A DNA stretch of 64,000 bases from Lepidodermella squamata. Its lineage: Eukaryota > Animalia > Gastrotricha. Location of the stretch: the NCBI GenBank assembly GCA_047495785.1, contig JBLDXI010000013.1:620001-684000 (forward strand), in the 5' to 3' direction. A program made the position numbers and the translations under genes. Of the stretch, positions 61,165 to 64,000 are shown one piece after another. The notes beneath the pieces are model-generated. The model worked only from the letters and a program-made list of their open reading frames with translations, searched no databases and was not told the origin of the DNA. The stretch's first letter is position 1, and each line of letters starts with the position of its first letter.

Positions 61165-62811
61165 ATGTCTAAATCCATGAGTACACTGTTTACTGTGGCC
61201 ATCTTCGCTGCTTTATTTTCAGGAGTCTCGTGTTACTCGATTGGAAATCGTATGTTTATATGCAAATAAATAGTTGTCGAATCTAAATGGGCCTTGAAAG
61301 AGTGTTCTGTTGATGGCGACTGTCCCGATACGACTGCCACTTACTGCAACCGCTTGACTACAGTCTCACCGGCATGTGCGAAAGGTCTCTGCCAGTGCCG
61401 GCCTGGTTACATATACGATGGAAGCACGGCCTGCTTGCAATGTAAGCTAGTGACAATTGCAGAATAAAATAATGCTTGAAAGATCTTTACTTACTTGAGA
61501 TAACAATCTTACGGTCAATGCCGTATGTAGCAACGCTGTAAACGAAGTTCCAGCCTGGGGAGCCACTTGCGTCGCTGGGACAGTCACTTGCACAGCTCCA
61601 ATATACTACGCCTTGACGGTTGATTGAAATTTCTGGAATAACTATAATATTCAAGACTCTGTATCTTCTTCAACAGCCAACACGTTGCTATCAAGCAGTT
61701 TACCAACCAGGTTCGCCATTTCCCATATTTTCGAATTTAATCAAGCTTAGATTTGTCCAGTATACGGCCAAGCGTGTAGCATCTCATCGACAAACACTAC
61801 ATGCAACGCGACTCTCAATTATGCTTGCAGCACCACTACAAATCTTTGCACCTGCTCTCAGACCAACATGATCTACGTCAGCAGCTTGTCGGCTTGCCGA
61901 TTACGTCAGTTGACCCTGTGTTCATATCTTCTTGTCTCTTTAAGCGGCATTTGTGTGTAGGAACTTACGGCGATGCGTGCTCCCTTCAAACTGATTGCGA
62001 CACGCAAGTTTTAACCTTATTCACTTGTGTTATTCAGAAGTGACGATTTTTCAATTTTCTACAGAGGCGTTTATACGAACCTGCTCACCGGTGGGGGAGG
62101 TCCGCAATGCTCATCGGGGACTTGCGGCTGCCTCACTGGCTTTACGATGGTACAACGGCTTGCTTACGATGGCAAAGTCTCGACAACACTAAGCGTTTGC
62201 TTAAAAGGTACTAATTCACTATTAAATTTATTCCAACGATAAATTATCGGTATTTTCAAGGTTATACGTCGAATTTGGCGCAAAATGCAACCTGTACGTT
62301 AGTTCCAGAAGCTCAAAGTAAGTTTAAATTTCTCTTTTCATGTTAAGATGGGTAATCGTGTACTTAATCATCGAGGTACTAATGGAGCTCAAGTTTGTTC
62401 TTCGAATTTCGCTTGTGTCCGCTGCCCGGAAGAGACTACTGCTGCAACGCAAGGCACTTGCCGAGCCGTATTAGGAGGTTTGAAATCGTGACTATATGCG
62501 GCTTTCATGAACCTAGTATAATTCTTTCGCAGCAAGTTGTGCCAGCGTTCAATCCAAGGCCTTGGGTTCGCATTTATTCATCCTTTGATTTTGAATCGTC
62601 CTATTATATATCATGGTTGATTTCCTATTCAGGAGGCATGACTCCGACCGAAGTAGTCACTGCGATCAAAGCGTGTGGAGGTCAAAGCAAAGGTAAACTT
62701 ATCCCTCAGTGATTAGATACCTTCAACTTCTGATTTATAGCCTCTGGAAAAATGAAGTCTAACATTTTCCTGACAGCAGCCCTTGTCTCAATATTCTTTC
62801 TGGCTAAATGA
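61165..62811 (+). CDS. Secreted Cys-rich protein 2, tandem paralog of protein 1
   Basis: MSKSMSTLFTVAIFAALF..CSVDGDC..CQCRPGY..YGDACSLQTDCDT..GAQVCSSNFACVRCPE..NIFLTAALVSIFFLAK*. Confidence 0.7.
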
Positions 62812-63080
62812 CAACTCAGCACAATTTTGATTACCGCTTTATTAGGCACAGATTTATTCGTTCACTTATATTGTATTTCTAACATATACTCTTTATTTCG
62901 AGAAAAATAACAATAAAGCCAATGTCGAACCGTGAGACAAGCAAGTTTCCCACGAATCAGCCTGAACTTGATCGCCATTATCGGGGATGAGGAGATCAGA
63001 ACCATTTTGAATATAAAAAATATAACAATTATAATTTGATATTGTAATGTTACTAGAATTTTTCAATGAAATTGTTAGAT

Positions 63081-63728
63081 TTAGTAGTCCTTGGGTGTTT
63101 CCAGTACTTTTAGCATAACACCCTGGCGACGGTAAAAGTCAGCTTGGACGTGTTGCACTCGAGCATGCTTTGATCGTTCATGTGGCTCCGAGTTTCGATC
63201 TAAATAGTGGCCGTAATATGAACTAGACAGCGTTGGCACGTGTTTCTTCTTCTCCTATAACAAAGCGTTAAATTGCGGTTCACTATTACCACTGAAGTAG
63301 TAATTTACCTCTTCATTTACTTCCAGTCCACGAGCATGTGCATGTACGCGATCGCATCGATGAAGTCTACCGTTGAAGTCGTAATCAACGTGAAAAGTTC
63401 TGTCATAGTTAGTTTTGATCGGCCTTGGCTGTTAAAATTTACAGCAAAAGCATCAAGTAAATGATCCCAATTTCAATTTAGAAAATACCTTGGCGTCTGA
63501 ATTGAAAACAGTTCGTTCTTTAGGAATGGGATCCCGGTGGGTGGGAATAAATGAAAAGGCTGATAGCTCACATGCGTTGCCGCGCAACACAAAGTAATCG
63601 CTGTCTGTTTGAACATGGAGAAGTGGCTTATTAGTCACAGTGTCATGCGTCCCTACTTCTTTCGAGGGCGCTACTGGAGGACAATAAACTGGAGGCTCAG
63701 GGTGGTGATCCGGAAATCGAGATGACAT
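63081..63728 (-). CDS. CFAP90: Cilia- and flagella-associated protein 90 (C5orf49-like), 3 exons
   Basis: Spliced YDRTFH..LHRCDRVHAHARGLEVNEE|EKKKHVPTLSSSYYG..HVQADFYRR. Confidence 0.8.
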
Positions 63729-64000
63729 TGTAAATTAACCTTCTACAAAATAACGAGAGAATATTTAATACATTACGTTGTTTAAAACTCGGAGACGACA
63801 TGTAAATATTGATAGAGTAGTCAGCTTAAATTAACCAGGTCAATTAAAGAATTTGCACAATGCGGCAACTCAACAGAACAGCCATTTATCCAAATAATTG
63901 AATACACAATAAATTAACGAGTGAAACAGATAATGATCGGCTGTTCGCCAAATTACAATTGATAATATGGAATAAGCAGTATAATGTCATACAAAAATAC

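Overview
Gene-dense region of a compact animal genome; most introns are about 45-60 nt and GT-AG. The taxon cannot be fixed from the sequence, but ciliary genes and cytokine-receptor-like genes indicate a ciliated metazoan. The ORF track splits most genes at introns, so I rebuilt the models by hand and the exon boundaries are inferred. Order of content: a partial gene, DNA ligase IV, gamma-SNAP, a TOX-like HMG protein, a transposon/satellite patch, UQCRB, an ANKRD60-like gene with an adjacent MITE, cyclin T, an RBFA-like gene starting only 4 nt after the GOLGA7 stop, ubinuclein, COX4, a four-gene helical-domain/beta-propeller family, a Kunitz protein, a SAXO-like gene, two tandem FN3 cytokine-receptor-like genes, three tandem GH20 hexosaminidases (the middle one lacking catalytic residues), two Cys-rich secreted genes and CFAP90. 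Most notable: the GOLGA7-RBFA TAA-CAAA-ATG junction, operon-like same-strand runs with splice acceptors just before the ATG, frequent AAG/GAG 3' splice sites, and three tandem families that each contain a truncated or inactive member.
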